A stretch of DNA of 54,239 nucleotides from NCBI GenBank assembly GCA_030603245.1, contig JAUVYE010000004.1, positions 1 through 54,239 of the forward strand, given 5' to 3'. The position numbers and the translations under genes are program-made. A model generated the notes under the pieces. The model ran no database searches. It was not told the DNA's origin and saw only the letters and a list, made by a program, of their open reading frames with translations. The DNA is from a bacterium (GTDB lineage: Bacteria; Patescibacteriota; Minisyncoccia; Minisyncoccales; DG-74-3). Positions within the stretch are counted from its first letter, which is position 1; each line of letters opens with the position of its first letter. Of this stretch, positions 15,566 through 26,028 are shown in pieces.

Positions 15566-16839
15566 CGTGAAATTATTTTTTCAATCTTAAAAGTACCGAG
15601 CTTTTCTCCTTCGATAAAAGCCTCCATTGCAGCTTCAGCAAGATATCCTCTTTCCAGCCAATCAAAAAGCCACTCATGAATATGGCTGGGATCTTTCTGG
15701 GGAATACCAAAACCAGATCTTAAAAGCCAGCTTTTATTAAATTCTTCCTGAGAACCGATACAGGGAGCAACAATAATTGGGATTCCCAAAGCCGAATAAA
15801 AAGATAATTCGCTTGGTTTTGTATACAAAATATCCGTATTTCTCAGAGCCATATTAAATTTCTGAAAATATAATTCAATCTCTTTTTCAAAAATTATTTC
15901 AATATCTTTGTTCTTTTTTAAACCCAATTTTCTAATCTCTTTAACAAAATATTCTTTAACTTTTTTTCTAATTCCAGCTACTAAAATTATCTTGATTTCC
16001 TGTTTTTTAATTTTAGAAAACAAACTTTTAACAACCTGTATCCCAATCTCTTTTTGAGCTCCAGCTCCTCCCACTGCAAACATTAGGGTTAAAGCATGGT
16101 TTGATTTTTTGGGCAATTTTCCTATGTATTTTTTAATCAATGGGCTGTAATAGTGTTGGTATCTTTTTTTAGGATCAAGATTTACAATCCGATGAGCCAG
16201 GTCTTTTCTCAAAAGGCCTAACTTTTCTGTTCCAATATTTTCCTTGGGCAAGGGATAGCCAGTTAAAAATATGTTTTCTGCTTTTACTCCATACAATTTC
16301 AACCGTTCAACCACCCTTTCATTGGGGGCAAAATATTTAATCTTACTGGTATGTGGTATTAAAGAGGCCCAAGTTCGAGCAATATCAGCATCGCAAATAA
16401 TACAAAAAATATCGCCAGGATAATCAAAATATTCAGCCATAAAAGCTGGTGTGAAAAAACTTGTTATCAATGGAAAAGGTTTTTTCTTTAATCTCTCAAT
16501 CAAATGCTTTCCCCAACCTCTTTGAATTAAAGAAAAAATTTCTTGTAATTGGAAATTTGATTTTGACAAATCTCTTTTAGGATAAAAACTAAGAATTCTT
16601 TGAAGTTTATCATATGTTGCAAAAACAAATCCGCCAATCAGAGGAACTCTTTTAAATTGAGATATAGTTTCATAAAATTTTCTGCTCCCCTCCCAAAGTC
16701 TACGATCTCCGCTTGGAATATCTTGATAATCATTAGCAGGAATAATTTCTTTTTTAAACGCTAAATCCTTCAAAGGATAAGTGGTCCTTTGATGGCCATA
16801 GCCCATATTAACTGTAATTACCCAAGCCTTTTTTGTCAT
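15562..16839 (-). CDS. GT-B glycosyltransferase-like protein (MGDG synthase/GT28-like)
   Basis: MGYGHQR, GGAGA, TKPSE, GSQEEFN motifs. Confidence 0.7.
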   Translation of the reverse strand: MTKKAWVITVNMGYGHQRTTYPLKDLAFKKEIIPANDYQDIPSGDRRLWEGSRKFYETISQFKRVPLIGGFVFATYDKLQRILSFYPKRDLSKSNFQLQEIFSLIQRGWGKHLIERLKKKPFPLITSFFTPAFMAEYFDYPGDIFCIICDADIARTWASLIPHTSKIKYFAPNERVVERLKLYGVKAENIFLTGYPLPKENIGTEKLGLLRKDLAHRIVNLDPKKRYQHYYSPLIKKYIGKLPKKSNHALTLMFAVGGAGAQKEIGIQVVKSLFSKIKKQEIKIILVAGIRKKVKEYFVKEIRKLGLKKNKDIEIIFEKEIELYFQKFNMALRNTDILYTKPSELSFYSALGIPIIVAPCIGSQEEFNKSWLLRSGFGIPQKDPSHIHEWLFDWLERGYLAEAAMEAFIEGEKLGTFKIEKIISR

Positions 16840-16854
16840 AGATTTATTTTAGCA

Positions 16855-18171
16855 TTAATAGTTTAAAAATTTTAGTTTTTGACCTTTCTCAATACGCCAA
16901 ACTATTAAAGCCAAGACAAAATAGCAAAAGAAAAGAAAAAAGATGTTCACATTTTGAAAGATCAAATTAGCCCAAGAAATTTTTGAAAACCAATCAATTA
17001 TTTTGATTAAATAAGCAAGCATAAACCAGGCTGGCCAAGACAAAAATTGACCAAGTAATTCCCAGACCATACCTGTGATAGAAAAAATAAAGCCCAAAAT
17101 AGTTATGGCTGGTAAAAGAGGAAGAATTAAAATATTAGCAAGTAATGAAATTGTTGAAATTTGACCAAAATTATAGATTAAAATTGGTAAAGTAAAAATC
17201 TGAGCAGCTAAAGTACCAGAAAGATTATATCTTAATTGAAAAACATCTGGGATTTTTTTAAAAAGATTAAGAAGTATTGGCTGTAAATAAATAAGGCCCA
17301 TGATTGCTAAAAAAGACAATTGAAAACCAACATCAAAAACTAAAAGCAATGGATTAAAAATTAACATTATAGTAGCTGATAAAACAATTATCCGAGAACC
17401 AGTTGAAATTCTACCAAAGTGCTGGGCTGTCAAAAAAGCAATGGCCATAATTCCGGCTCGAACAGCTGAGGCGGGCGCCCCAATCATTAAGATATAAAAA
17501 GAAATTAAAATTACTGAAATATAAAACGATTGATTTTTCCAAAAGCCCAAAGATAGAAGAAAATCAGATAGCAGAAAACATAAAATAGTAATATTCATGC
17601 CAGATACAGCAGCAATATGGCGAGTTCCAGTAAAATTGAGCTTGTCTTTCCATTCATTAGAAATGTTGCTCTCGTCTCCAAAAAGCAAAGCCTCTAAAAA
17701 ACCAGATTGTGGCATGGGCATGATTGTGTTTAAACTTGTTTTTAATTTGTTTTTAGCTGAAATTAAAAATCTTTTTAAAGAGCTAGCTTGATTCTTCTCA
17801 ACTAAATCAATTTGGGGCTGATACATCAGAGCAAAAATTTTGTCTTTAGCTAAATAGTCTTTGTAATTAAAGCCTTCAAAAATTTGAGGTTCTTGCAATG
17901 TGCCTTTAATTTTTAATTTATCCCCATACTCATATTGAGGATAATGCCATTTGGTAATTAAAACTTTTTCTTCTGAATTTTCTAATTTAACTGTTAATTT
18001 AGTGGTTTTTGCTCTTTTATCCGGCTCTTCAACCACCACTCCAAACAGGATAACCTCTTTATCAAAATACTCTTTTAGTTGATTGCTTTGTATGTCTGTA
18101 TTTAATGAATATAAAAAAACTCCTCCAATAAAGAAGAGACAAAAATAAAAAAGAATTTTGGAAGAAGTCAT
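16855..18171 (-). CDS. comEC: ComEC/Rec2 competence protein (OB fold plus competence domain)
   Basis: HIAAVSGMN, ASAVRA, DVGFQLSF. Confidence 0.92.
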   Translation of the reverse strand: MTSSKILFYFCLFFIGGVFLYSLNTDIQSNQLKEYFDKEVILFGVVVEEPDKRAKTTKLTVKLENSEEKVLITKWHYPQYEYGDKLKIKGTLQEPQIFEGFNYKDYLAKDKIFALMYQPQIDLVEKNQASSLKRFLISAKNKLKTSLNTIMPMPQSGFLEALLFGDESNISNEWKDKLNFTGTRHIAAVSGMNITILCFLLSDFLLSLGFWKNQSFYISVILISFYILMIGAPASAVRAGIMAIAFLTAQHFGRISTGSRIIVLSATIMLIFNPLLLVFDVGFQLSFLAIMGLIYLQPILLNLFKKIPDVFQLRYNLSGTLAAQIFTLPILIYNFGQISTISLLANILILPLLPAITILGFIFSITGMVWELLGQFLSWPAWFMLAYLIKIIDWFSKISWANLIFQNVNIFFLFFCYFVLALIVWRIEKGQKLKFLNY

Positions 18172-18181
18172 TTTAATAAAC

Positions 18182-18877
18182 TTATCTTACTTGGCAAGTT
18201 TCAAAAAATGGAGCAATTGTTTTTTGAATTTTTAAAAGAAATTCTCTTGGGTAAGGTTTAACTTTTTCAAATTTCGGATCAACAGTTTTTTCTGGCCTAA
18301 ATTGTTGAAGATAATAAGCCTTAGCTCCCCAAATCCATTTAGCCATATTAATTATATCCTTTTTACTGTGAACCCCAGGAACTATGGTGCTTCGGAATTC
18401 ATAATCTACTATCCCCTCTTTTAAAAGTTTAATAGAATTGTCAATCTGTTTGATTTTTGCTTTTTTAGCAAAAATTTCAGCATATCTTTGTTTTGGCAAC
18501 TTAACATCCATAGCCACATAATCAATCAAATTTTTATTGATTAATTCTTTTATCATTTCTGGGTTTGAACCATTAGTATCAAGTTTTACAAAAAACCCTA
18601 ATTTTTTAATTTTTTTTGCAAAATTAGGCAAATTTTTAAAAATAGTTGGTTCCCCTCCACACAAAACAACTCCTTCTAATAAACCCTTTCTCTTTTTTAG
18701 AAAATTGAAAAATTCTTTTTCAGAAATTTTGGGCTGTTTTTCAATTTCTCTTGGCAAAACAAGCTCTTTTGAATAACACCAGGGACAAAGAAAATTACAA
18801 CCAGCTAAAAAAACGGTACAAGCTAGTTTGCCTGGATAATCAATCAGAGTCAACTTTTGAAGACCAGCAATTTCCAT
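18182..18877 (-). CDS. nrdG: Anaerobic ribonucleotide reductase activating radical SAM enzyme
   Basis: LIDYPG, CNFLCPWC, GGEPT, KLDTNG; adjacent to nrdD. Confidence 0.9.
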   Translation of the reverse strand: MEIAGLQKLTLIDYPGKLACTVFLAGCNFLCPWCYSKELVLPREIEKQPKISEKEFFNFLKKRKGLLEGVVLCGGEPTIFKNLPNFAKKIKKLGFFVKLDTNGSNPEMIKELINKNLIDYVAMDVKLPKQRYAEIFAKKAKIKQIDNSIKLLKEGIVDYEFRSTIVPGVHSKKDIINMAKWIWGAKAYYLQQFRPEKTVDPKFEKVKPYPREFLLKIQKTIAPFFETCQVR

Positions 18878-18880
18878 AAA

Positions 18881-21019
18881 TTATTTAGTAAGCTGAGTTT
18901 TTTTAACCTTAAACTCTTTTCTTTCTTTATATTCTCTCTTTTTTCCATCGTGCCATTGAGAAACAGGTCTTAAATAACCAACAATACGAGAATAAACTTC
19001 GCAAGGTTGTTCTACAGTACACTGAGGACAGGTAAAATGCTCTCCTGATAAATAGCCATGTACAGGACAAATGGAAAAAGTAGGAGTAATAGTAATGTAT
19101 GGCAAGTTAAACTTTTCGAAAACTGTTTTGACTAAGTTCTTTACTGTTGCAATATCAGAAACCTGTTCTCCTAAAAAAAGGTGAAGCACAGTGCCACCAC
19201 TGTAACGACATTGCAATTCATCCTGAAGCTTTAATGCTTTAAAAATATCGTCGGTTTTTCCGACTGGCAATTGAGTAGAGTTGGTATAATAAGGCGCTTT
19301 CTTTGTGCCAGCAGTAATGATATCTGGATACTTTTCTTTATCTATTTTTGCCTGGCGATAGCTTGTTCCTTCAGCTGGAGTAGCCTCAAGATTATATATG
19401 TTTCCTGTATCTTTTTGATATTTAATTAATTTCTTGCGCATAAAATCTAATACTTCAAGAGCAAACCTTCTTCCTCTACGAGAAGCAATATCTTCGCCAA
19501 TAAAGTTCAACAGTGCTTCATTCATACCTAAAAGACCAATGGTTGAAAAATGGTTTCCGAAATAAGTTCCTCGTATCTTTTTTACTGAAGCCAAATAATG
19601 CTTTGAATAAGGATAAAGCCCTTTTTCCATAAAATCTTCTAAGGCTTTTCTTTTAATCTCCAAGCTGTCTTTAGATAAATCCATGAGCCGGCCCAGTCTT
19701 TGAAAAAAGTCTTTCTTTGTTTTTGAAAGATAACCAATCCTGGACATATTAATGGTGCAAACTCCAATGGAGCCGGTTAAAGGAGCTGAACCAAACAACC
19801 CAGTCCCTCTCTGATAAAGCTCTTTATTGTTGAGACGAAGTCTGCAACACATCGAGCGAAAGTCCTCTGGATCCATGTCTGAATTAACAAAATTAGAAAA
19901 ATAGTTTATGCCATACTTAGCTGTTGCTTCCCAAAGAGGATCTAAAGTAGGATTATTCCAGTCAAAATCTTTAGTAATAGAAACTGTTGGAATCGGAAAA
20001 GTAAATGGCCTACCTTTAGCATCTCCTTCCATTAAGACTTCGTAAAAAGCCCTATTAAACATATCTATTTCGTCCTGAAATTCTCCATAAGTTTCTTTTT
20101 GAGGCTTACCACCAATAATTACGGGCTGATTGGCATAAAAACTGGGTGGCTTAATATCAATTGATACATTTAAAAACGGAGTTTGAAAGCCAACTCTAGT
20201 AGGCACCATGCAGTTATATAGAAACTCCTGCATTGCTTGTTTTACCTGGGAATAGCTTAAATTGTCATATCGTATGAAGGGAGCAAGTAGAGTATCGAGA
20301 TTAGAAACAGCATTCGCTCCTGCACTTTCACCCTGAAGCGTATATAGGAAATTCACTAGTTGGCCCAGGGCAACCCTAAAGTGTTTTGGCGGTCGTGACT
20401 CCACTTTTCCTTGAACCCCTCTGAACCCTTGCAACAACACATCATACAAATCCCAACCCATACAATAAGGAGCAAGAATTTCTAAATTATGAATATGAAA
20501 ATCTTCATTAGTCGCTGCTTCTCTGATTTCTTTAGGATAGATTTTATTGAGCCAGTATTTCTTAGCAACATAAGAGTTAACATATTGATTTAATCCCTGT
20601 AAAGAATAGGACATATTAGCATTTTCTTTTATCTGCCAATCAAGTTCGTCTAAATATTTATCTACTGCCCTACTAGAATCATCTAAAAGAGAGCTCGCCT
20701 CTCTAATTCTTCTTCTTTGCTCTCGATATAATATGTAAGCTTTGGCTGTTTCAGCCAAACCCTCTAAAATTAAAACTTCCTCAACAATATCTTGAATTTG
20801 TTCAACGTGAGGAATTTCGTCTTTTTTAAAACGTCTGTTTAAAATTTGCGTTACTCTTTCGGCAAGTCTATTTGATTTTTTGCCATCTCCCTGATCGGTA
20901 GCAGTAAGAGCTTTAAAAACTACATCTTTAATTCTTTCTTGGTCAAATGGCACAATTGTGCCATCTCTTTTTTCAACCTTTGTAATTTTATTTTCTATCT
21001 TTTTTATTTTTCTGGCCAT
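18881..21019 (-). CDS. nrdD: Class III ribonucleoside-triphosphate reductase with ATP cone
   Basis: ATP cone (VEKRDG), SMCCRL, YSRIVGYLRP glycyl-radical motif. Confidence 0.95.
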   Translation of the reverse strand: MARKIKKIENKITKVEKRDGTIVPFDQERIKDVVFKALTATDQGDGKKSNRLAERVTQILNRRFKKDEIPHVEQIQDIVEEVLILEGLAETAKAYILYREQRRRIREASSLLDDSSRAVDKYLDELDWQIKENANMSYSLQGLNQYVNSYVAKKYWLNKIYPKEIREAATNEDFHIHNLEILAPYCMGWDLYDVLLQGFRGVQGKVESRPPKHFRVALGQLVNFLYTLQGESAGANAVSNLDTLLAPFIRYDNLSYSQVKQAMQEFLYNCMVPTRVGFQTPFLNVSIDIKPPSFYANQPVIIGGKPQKETYGEFQDEIDMFNRAFYEVLMEGDAKGRPFTFPIPTVSITKDFDWNNPTLDPLWEATAKYGINYFSNFVNSDMDPEDFRSMCCRLRLNNKELYQRGTGLFGSAPLTGSIGVCTINMSRIGYLSKTKKDFFQRLGRLMDLSKDSLEIKRKALEDFMEKGLYPYSKHYLASVKKIRGTYFGNHFSTIGLLGMNEALLNFIGEDIASRRGRRFALEVLDFMRKKLIKYQKDTGNIYNLEATPAEGTSYRQAKIDKEKYPDIITAGTKKAPYYTNSTQLPVGKTDDIFKALKLQDELQCRYSGGTVLHLFLGEQVSDIATVKNLVKTVFEKFNLPYITITPTFSICPVHGYLSGEHFTCPQCTVEQPCEVYSRIVGYLRPVSQWHDGKKREYKERKEFKVKKTQLTK

Positions 21020-21110
21020 TTTTCTAAGTTATTAATAATTAAATTAGTCCATTTTACTACAACCAAAAAACCGAGTCAAAACTCGGTCAAGTTTTTGAAA
21101 AACATTATGA

Positions 21111-22037
21111 CTAAAAACCAGTAGCAATAACAGTAACTTTTATTTGCCCTTTGCCCAATTTCTCATTTTGAATCGCCCCAAAAATAACTCTAGCCCCAGG
21201 ATTAATTTCTTTAGTAATGACTTTAGCTGCTTCATCTATTTCTGAAAGAGAAATGTCTTCTCCCGAAATATTAAACAAAATACCATTAGCTCCTCTACAG
21301 GAACTATCAAGTAAAGGAGAGTTAATTGCTAAACGAGCAGCTATTTCAGCTCTTTTCTCCCCCTCAGCCCTGCCAATACCAAATAAAGCGGTTCCAGAAT
21401 CTTCAATAATTTCTTTAACATCAGCAAAATTAACATTAATAATACCTGGAAGCATTATTAAATCAGAAATGCCCTGAACAGCCTGACGCAGAATATCATC
21501 ACAAAACCAAAAAGCTTTCAGAAGTGGAATATTAGGGTCTAAGATTGACAAAAGCTTGTCATTAGAAATCGTAATTAAGCTGTCTACTTTTTCTTTTAAT
21601 CTTCTTACACCCAGTCTAGCTATTTTCTTTCGCGCCTGACCCTCAAAAGAAAATGGTGTTGTAATAACAGCTACTGTTAGAGCCCCCAACTCCTTGGCAA
21701 TTTCAGCTACAACAGGACCTGCTCCAGTACCTGTTCCTCCACCCGCTCCATAGGTAATAAAAACCATATCTGCATCTTTTAAAATCTCTGAAATTTCTTC
21801 TTTACTCTCTAAAGCTGCTTTTTTTCCCAGCTCTGGATTCATTCCTGTACCCAGGCCCTTGGTTAATTCTCTTCCGATCTGAAGACGAATATGAGCTTTA
21901 GTTTTTTTAAGATCTTGAAAATCAGCATTAATGGCAATTAAATCAACACCTCTAATTTTAGCTCGCATCATTCTAGAAACAGCATTGCCGCCCGAACCTC
22001 CGACTCCAACTACCTTAATTTTTATTGGACCAGTCAT
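21111..22037 (-). CDS. ftsZ: Cell division protein FtsZ (no C-terminal tail)
   Basis: IKVVGVGGSGGNA, GGGTGTG, VTVIATGF; downstream of ftsA. Confidence 0.93.
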   Translation of the reverse strand: MTGPIKIKVVGVGGSGGNAVSRMMRAKIRGVDLIAINADFQDLKKTKAHIRLQIGRELTKGLGTGMNPELGKKAALESKEEISEILKDADMVFITYGAGGGTGTGAGPVVAEIAKELGALTVAVITTPFSFEGQARKKIARLGVRRLKEKVDSLITISNDKLLSILDPNIPLLKAFWFCDDILRQAVQGISDLIMLPGIINVNFADVKEIIEDSGTALFGIGRAEGEKRAEIAARLAINSPLLDSSCRGANGILFNISGEDISLSEIDEAAKVITKEINPGARVIFGAIQNEKLGKGQIKVTVIATGF

Positions 22038-22041
22038 AATA

Positions 22042-23247
22042 TTATGGAATTAAACTTTTAAAAAAATTTTTAACTCTAGAAACTGCTTCTCCAACCATAG
22101 AAGGAGAAGACTCTGCACCCTCTAAATCAAGCCCCATTAAAGTTAAGCCACAAATAGTGGCCAAACCAGGATCTTTATCAAGACCAACAAAACCATGTGG
22201 CCTTCCAATCTTACAGGGTAATCGTAATTCTCTTTTAGCTAACCTTACTATTCCTGGCAACTTAGCACCTCCTCCAGTTAAAACTATACCAGCTGGCAAT
22301 AAACTATCTTTAGAAATCTTTTTCAATTCTTTATTCATTTCTTCAAAAATCTGTGAAACCCTTGCCTCAATAATATTATTTAGGATTTTACGTGTAAAAA
22401 CAAGGGGTTCTGGTTCTTTAATTTCAATTTTTTCTCTTTTCTCTTTTTTAGAAATAAGACAAGAACCAAATTCTTTTTTTATTCTTTCGGCAATATCAAT
22501 ATCTGTTCTCAAGCCAATAGCAATATCATGAGTAATGTTGGCTGAACCAACTGGTAAAACAGCTAAATGGATTACGCTTCCCTCTTCAAACACAGCTAAA
22601 CTTGATGTTCCCTCTCCTATATCTAAAAGTGCTACTCCTAATTCTTTTTGGCGAGGCGAAAGTACAGCCCTGGCAGCAGCTATTGCTGAAGGAATGATAT
22701 CATTTGTTGTCTGAAAGCCAGAATTTAAAATGCTTTGCTGTAAGTTTTTAAAATAAGGAGAAAAAACGCAAACAACCAAAGCTTCCACCTCTAATCTTAC
22801 TCCTTTCATTCCAACAGCTTCTTTTACTTTTTCTCCATCAACTATAAAATTCCGAGGGAAAACACCTAAAATCTCTTTATTCGGAGAAAGAGAAAAGGTT
22901 TTAGCATCTTCTAAAACTCTGTCAATATCTTCTTCAGAAACCTGTTTATCAGCTCTTGAAACAGCCACTTTGCCTTCTGAAGAAGTACAAAATATATGAC
23001 TGCCCCCAATATTAATATAAACAGAATTAATTTTCTGGCCTGTTTGAATTTCCATTTCCTCTTGCACATCTTCAAGCGCCCTAGTAACTTCTTGAACATT
23101 AATCACTATTCCCCTCCTAATACCGCTTACTGGTTTTTGAAAAAAAGCAATGTTTTCCAATTCTGAGTTTGGATTCTGTTGAACAACCAAAGCCTTTATT
23201 GAACTTGTCCCAATATCTAAACTAGTTATGAAATGGGGTTTTGCCAT
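22042..23247 (-). CDS. ftsA: Cell division protein FtsA
   Basis: LDIGTSSI, LLDIGEGTS, VLTGGGAKL. Confidence 0.93.
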   Translation of the reverse strand: MAKPHFITSLDIGTSSIKALVVQQNPNSELENIAFFQKPVSGIRRGIVINVQEVTRALEDVQEEMEIQTGQKINSVYINIGGSHIFCTSSEGKVAVSRADKQVSEEDIDRVLEDAKTFSLSPNKEILGVFPRNFIVDGEKVKEAVGMKGVRLEVEALVVCVFSPYFKNLQQSILNSGFQTTNDIIPSAIAAARAVLSPRQKELGVALLDIGEGTSSLAVFEEGSVIHLAVLPVGSANITHDIAIGLRTDIDIAERIKKEFGSCLISKKEKREKIEIKEPEPLVFTRKILNNIIEARVSQIFEEMNKELKKISKDSLLPAGIVLTGGGAKLPGIVRLAKRELRLPCKIGRPHGFVGLDKDPGLATICGLTLMGLDLEGAESSPSMVGEAVSRVKNFFKSLIP

Positions 23248-23672
23248 ATTTTTAAATAATAATTCTCTTTTTCTTGCATTTTCTTTGTCTCTTTTTCTGA
23301 TTTTTCATGATTATATCCTAAAAGATGTAAAATACCATGAATTAACACTCTTGCTAGTTCTGTTTCAAAAATAGATTTTAATCTTTTTGTATTTTTTCTA
23401 ACTTCTCGCAAACAAATAACTATCTCGCCCAATTCTTTTTCTTTGCCAGGGGGAAATTTAAATTCTAATGGTTTGAGCTTACCAAAAGATAAAACATCTG
23501 TTGTTCTATTCTTACCCAAATATTGCTTATTTAATTTTCGCATTTTTGCCGGCCCAATCAAAACAATTGATATTTCTTCGCTCTTTTTTTCTCCCTTTAA
23601 AACAAGGTTGACAATCTTTTCAAAAAAACTTTTATCTATTGAATTTGCAGTAAGATTAGTAATACTAATCAT
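23226..23672 (-). CDS. ybeY: Endoribonuclease YbeY
   Basis: TDVLSF, HGILHLLGYNH. Confidence 0.92.
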   Translation of the reverse strand: MISITNLTANSIDKSFFEKIVNLVLKGEKKSEEISIVLIGPAKMRKLNKQYLGKNRTTDVLSFGKLKPLEFKFPPGKEKELGEIVICLREVRKNTKRLKSIFETELARVLIHGILHLLGYNHEKSEKETKKMQEKENYYLKIWQNPIS

Positions 23673-24165
23673 TTTTTAACAATTCTTTTACAATATCAGA
23701 AACCTGATCTCCATGCGCCCTACCCACCACTCTTGGCATTACTTCTTTCATAACTTTTCCCATGTCTTTGATTTCTTTAGCTCCTGTTTCAGCAATCACT
23801 TGTTTGATTGTCTGGTAAAGTTTTTCTTCTGAAAGCTGTTCTGGTAAGTATTTCTTTAAAATATCTAATTCTTTTTTCTCTTTTTCAGCCAAATCCTTTC
23901 TTTCTCCTTTTTCAAAAGCCACTATTGCTTCTTTTCTTTTTTTTGCCTCAATAGAAATGATTGAAGTTATTTCTTCTTCTGTCAGCTGACTTTCTTTTTC
24001 TAATTCTTCTTGGCCCAAATCAGGGTTTTCTTTATTCAATCTATACCTCTTTTCTTTTTCCTTATTCAAAATCGCGGCTAAAAGCATTCTTAAAACAGAA
24101 ACTTTGATTTCTCTTTTTCCTTTCAAAGCAATTTTTAGGTTTTGGCTAATTTTATGCTTGAACAT
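23665..24165 (-). CDS. GatB/YqeY domain protein
   Basis: EAKKRKEA..F..G.R.DLAEKE..E..IL..YLPEQLS; KDMGKVMK. Confidence 0.9.
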   Translation of the reverse strand: MFKHKISQNLKIALKGKREIKVSVLRMLLAAILNKEKEKRYRLNKENPDLGQEELEKESQLTEEEITSIISIEAKKRKEAIVAFEKGERKDLAEKEKKELDILKKYLPEQLSEEKLYQTIKQVIAETGAKEIKDMGKVMKEVMPRVVGRAHGDQVSDIVKELLKND

Positions 24166-24167
24166 TT

Positions 24168-24383
24168 TTAAAATTTGCCCAATTTTTTCTTTTTTTCGTA
24201 CTCTTTCTTTAGTTCTTCCCTTCTAAGAGCTGCTCTTTTTTTTAATTGATTGCTTTTAGATCTTTTATGAAACTGAGATCGTCTTCTTCTAAGTAAAATC
24301 CCGCTTTTGCGAAGTCTACTTGAAAAGCGACGAACTAAAGATTGAGATGTTTCTTTTTCTTTTTTTTTAATTTCTATTGTCAT
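24168..24383 (-). CDS. rpsU: 30S ribosomal protein S21-like
   Basis: E..QSLVRRF....KSGIL, very basic; HIT-rpsU-yqeY gene order. Confidence 0.7.
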   Translation of the reverse strand: MTIEIKKKEKETSQSLVRRFSSRLRKSGILLRRRRSQFHKRSKSNQLKKRAALRREELKKEYEKKKKLGKF

Positions 24384-24388
24384 ATAAA

Positions 24389-24736
24389 TTAAATATTATG
24401 CTTTGGAACACTTTCTGTCCAACCACCCAAAAGGTGTAAATGAAGATGATTAACCATTTGACCAGCTCCTTTTCCGACATTAAAACATAGTTTATAGCCG
24501 ATTTTATTAATTTCTGTTTTTTCTGCCATATTTTTAGCAACTAAAATCAAATTTCCAATTAGATCTTTATCTTCTTTTTTCAATTCATTCACTGAACCAA
24601 TATGTTTTTTAGAAATAATTAAAACATGAACAGGTGCTTTGGGATTAATATCTTTAAAAGCTAAAATCTCATCATCTTCATAAACAATCTCAGAAGGTAA
24701 TTCCTTGTTCACAATTTTACAAAAAATACATTCCAT
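24389..24736 (-). CDS. Histidine triad (HIT) nucleotide-binding protein
   Basis: CIFCKI, GQMVNHLHLHLLGG. Confidence 0.93.
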   Translation of the reverse strand: MECIFCKIVNKELPSEIVYEDDEILAFKDINPKAPVHVLIISKKHIGSVNELKKEDKDLIGNLILVAKNMAEKTEINKIGYKLCFNVGKGAGQMVNHLHLHLLGGWTESVPKHNI

Positions 24737-24739
24737 AAA

Positions 24740-26023
24740 TTATTTCTTAAAGTTTTTCTTCATTTCTTTTACCACTTTATCCATTTTTACTGTTTTCTGC
24801 TTTCCTGTTTTCATGTTCCTGACAATAATTGTTCCATCTATAGCCTCTTTGTGTCCCAAAATTAAAGTATATAATACTCCAAGTTTATTAGCCCTAGCCA
24901 ATTGAGCTCTCAAAGAGTCTCTGCCAAAAGATTCAGCGATTGAAATTTTAGCTTTTCTAAATTCTTCACACAGTTTTAAGCTTTTTCTTTTAGCCAACTT
25001 ACCAACTTGAGACAAAAAAATCTTAGGAAGCGTAACTCGAGAAACAATGCCTCCGGTTTCTTTCATTGAAGTTATAATTCTCTCTATTCCTGCAGCTCCC
25101 CCTGTCCCTGGTATATCTCTTCGTCCTAAAATTTTTGACAAATTATCATATCTTCCTCCACCAACCAAAGCTCCTAATACTTTTCCCTCAGCAGAATCTT
25201 CAACTATTTCAAAAACAGTTTTGGTATAATAATCTAAACCTCTAACCAAATAAGGGTTTAAGCGATAAGAAATTTCAGCTTCATCTAAAAATTCTAAAAC
25301 TTCTTTAAAGTGTTGATGACAAGTGTCGCAAAGATTATCAATTGATTCGGGTGCTTGACTAATAATACTTTGACATCTTTCTTGTTTACAGTCTAAAATC
25401 CTTAACGGATTTGTTTTTAACCTTCTCTGACAATCTGTGCAAAGGAGTCTTTCCCTTGAACGAAGATAATTCTTCAATAGTTTTTTATAATATGGTCGGC
25501 ACTGTGAATCTCCAATACTGTTTATTTCCACTAATAAGTTTTTCAGCCTTAAGTCTTTTAGAATATTATAGAAAATCTGAATAATTTGAGCATCAATCAC
25601 TGGGCTCTTTTCTCCCAAAATTTCAAGTCCAAACTGCCAAAACTGACGAAAACGACCTGCCTGTGGTTTCTCATATCTGAAAAAGGGACCAAAATACCAG
25701 AGCTTAACTGGTTGAGGTAAATTAATCATGCCTTTTTGAATATAAGCTCTTACCACCGGAGCTGTGCCTTCTGGTCTCAAACTTAAGTGGTCTCCCCCTC
25801 TGGTTTTTAGATTAAACATTTCTTTTTGAACAATATCTGTATCCAATCCCACTCCTTTTGAAAAAAGTTCTGATTGTTCAAGAATTGGGGTATCAATTTT
25901 TCCAAAACCATAAAAATTAGCAATATTTTCAACCACATTATATATTTTCCGAAAATAGGCCTGATCTTTTGGTAAAATATCATGCATTCCGGTTGGAGTT
26001 TGAAATTTTGGTTTTCTGGCCAT
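24740..26023 (-). CDS. hisS: Histidyl-tRNA synthetase
   Basis: LRPEGTA, FRYEKPQAGRFRQF, LVRGLDYY, GGGRYD; start taken at ATG 26023. Confidence 0.95.
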   Translation of the reverse strand: MARKPKFQTPTGMHDILPKDQAYFRKIYNVVENIANFYGFGKIDTPILEQSELFSKGVGLDTDIVQKEMFNLKTRGGDHLSLRPEGTAPVVRAYIQKGMINLPQPVKLWYFGPFFRYEKPQAGRFRQFWQFGLEILGEKSPVIDAQIIQIFYNILKDLRLKNLLVEINSIGDSQCRPYYKKLLKNYLRSRERLLCTDCQRRLKTNPLRILDCKQERCQSIISQAPESIDNLCDTCHQHFKEVLEFLDEAEISYRLNPYLVRGLDYYTKTVFEIVEDSAEGKVLGALVGGGRYDNLSKILGRRDIPGTGGAAGIERIITSMKETGGIVSRVTLPKIFLSQVGKLAKRKSLKLCEEFRKAKISIAESFGRDSLRAQLARANKLGVLYTLILGHKEAIDGTIIVRNMKTGKQKTVKMDKVVKEMKKNFKK

Positions 26024-26028
26024 AAGTT

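Noticed and set aside
21070-21087. accgagt-caaa-actcggt hairpin resembling the array hairpin
   Set aside because: Different stem sequence and no adjacent GCTCC site; probably an ordinary terminator between ftsZ and nrdD.
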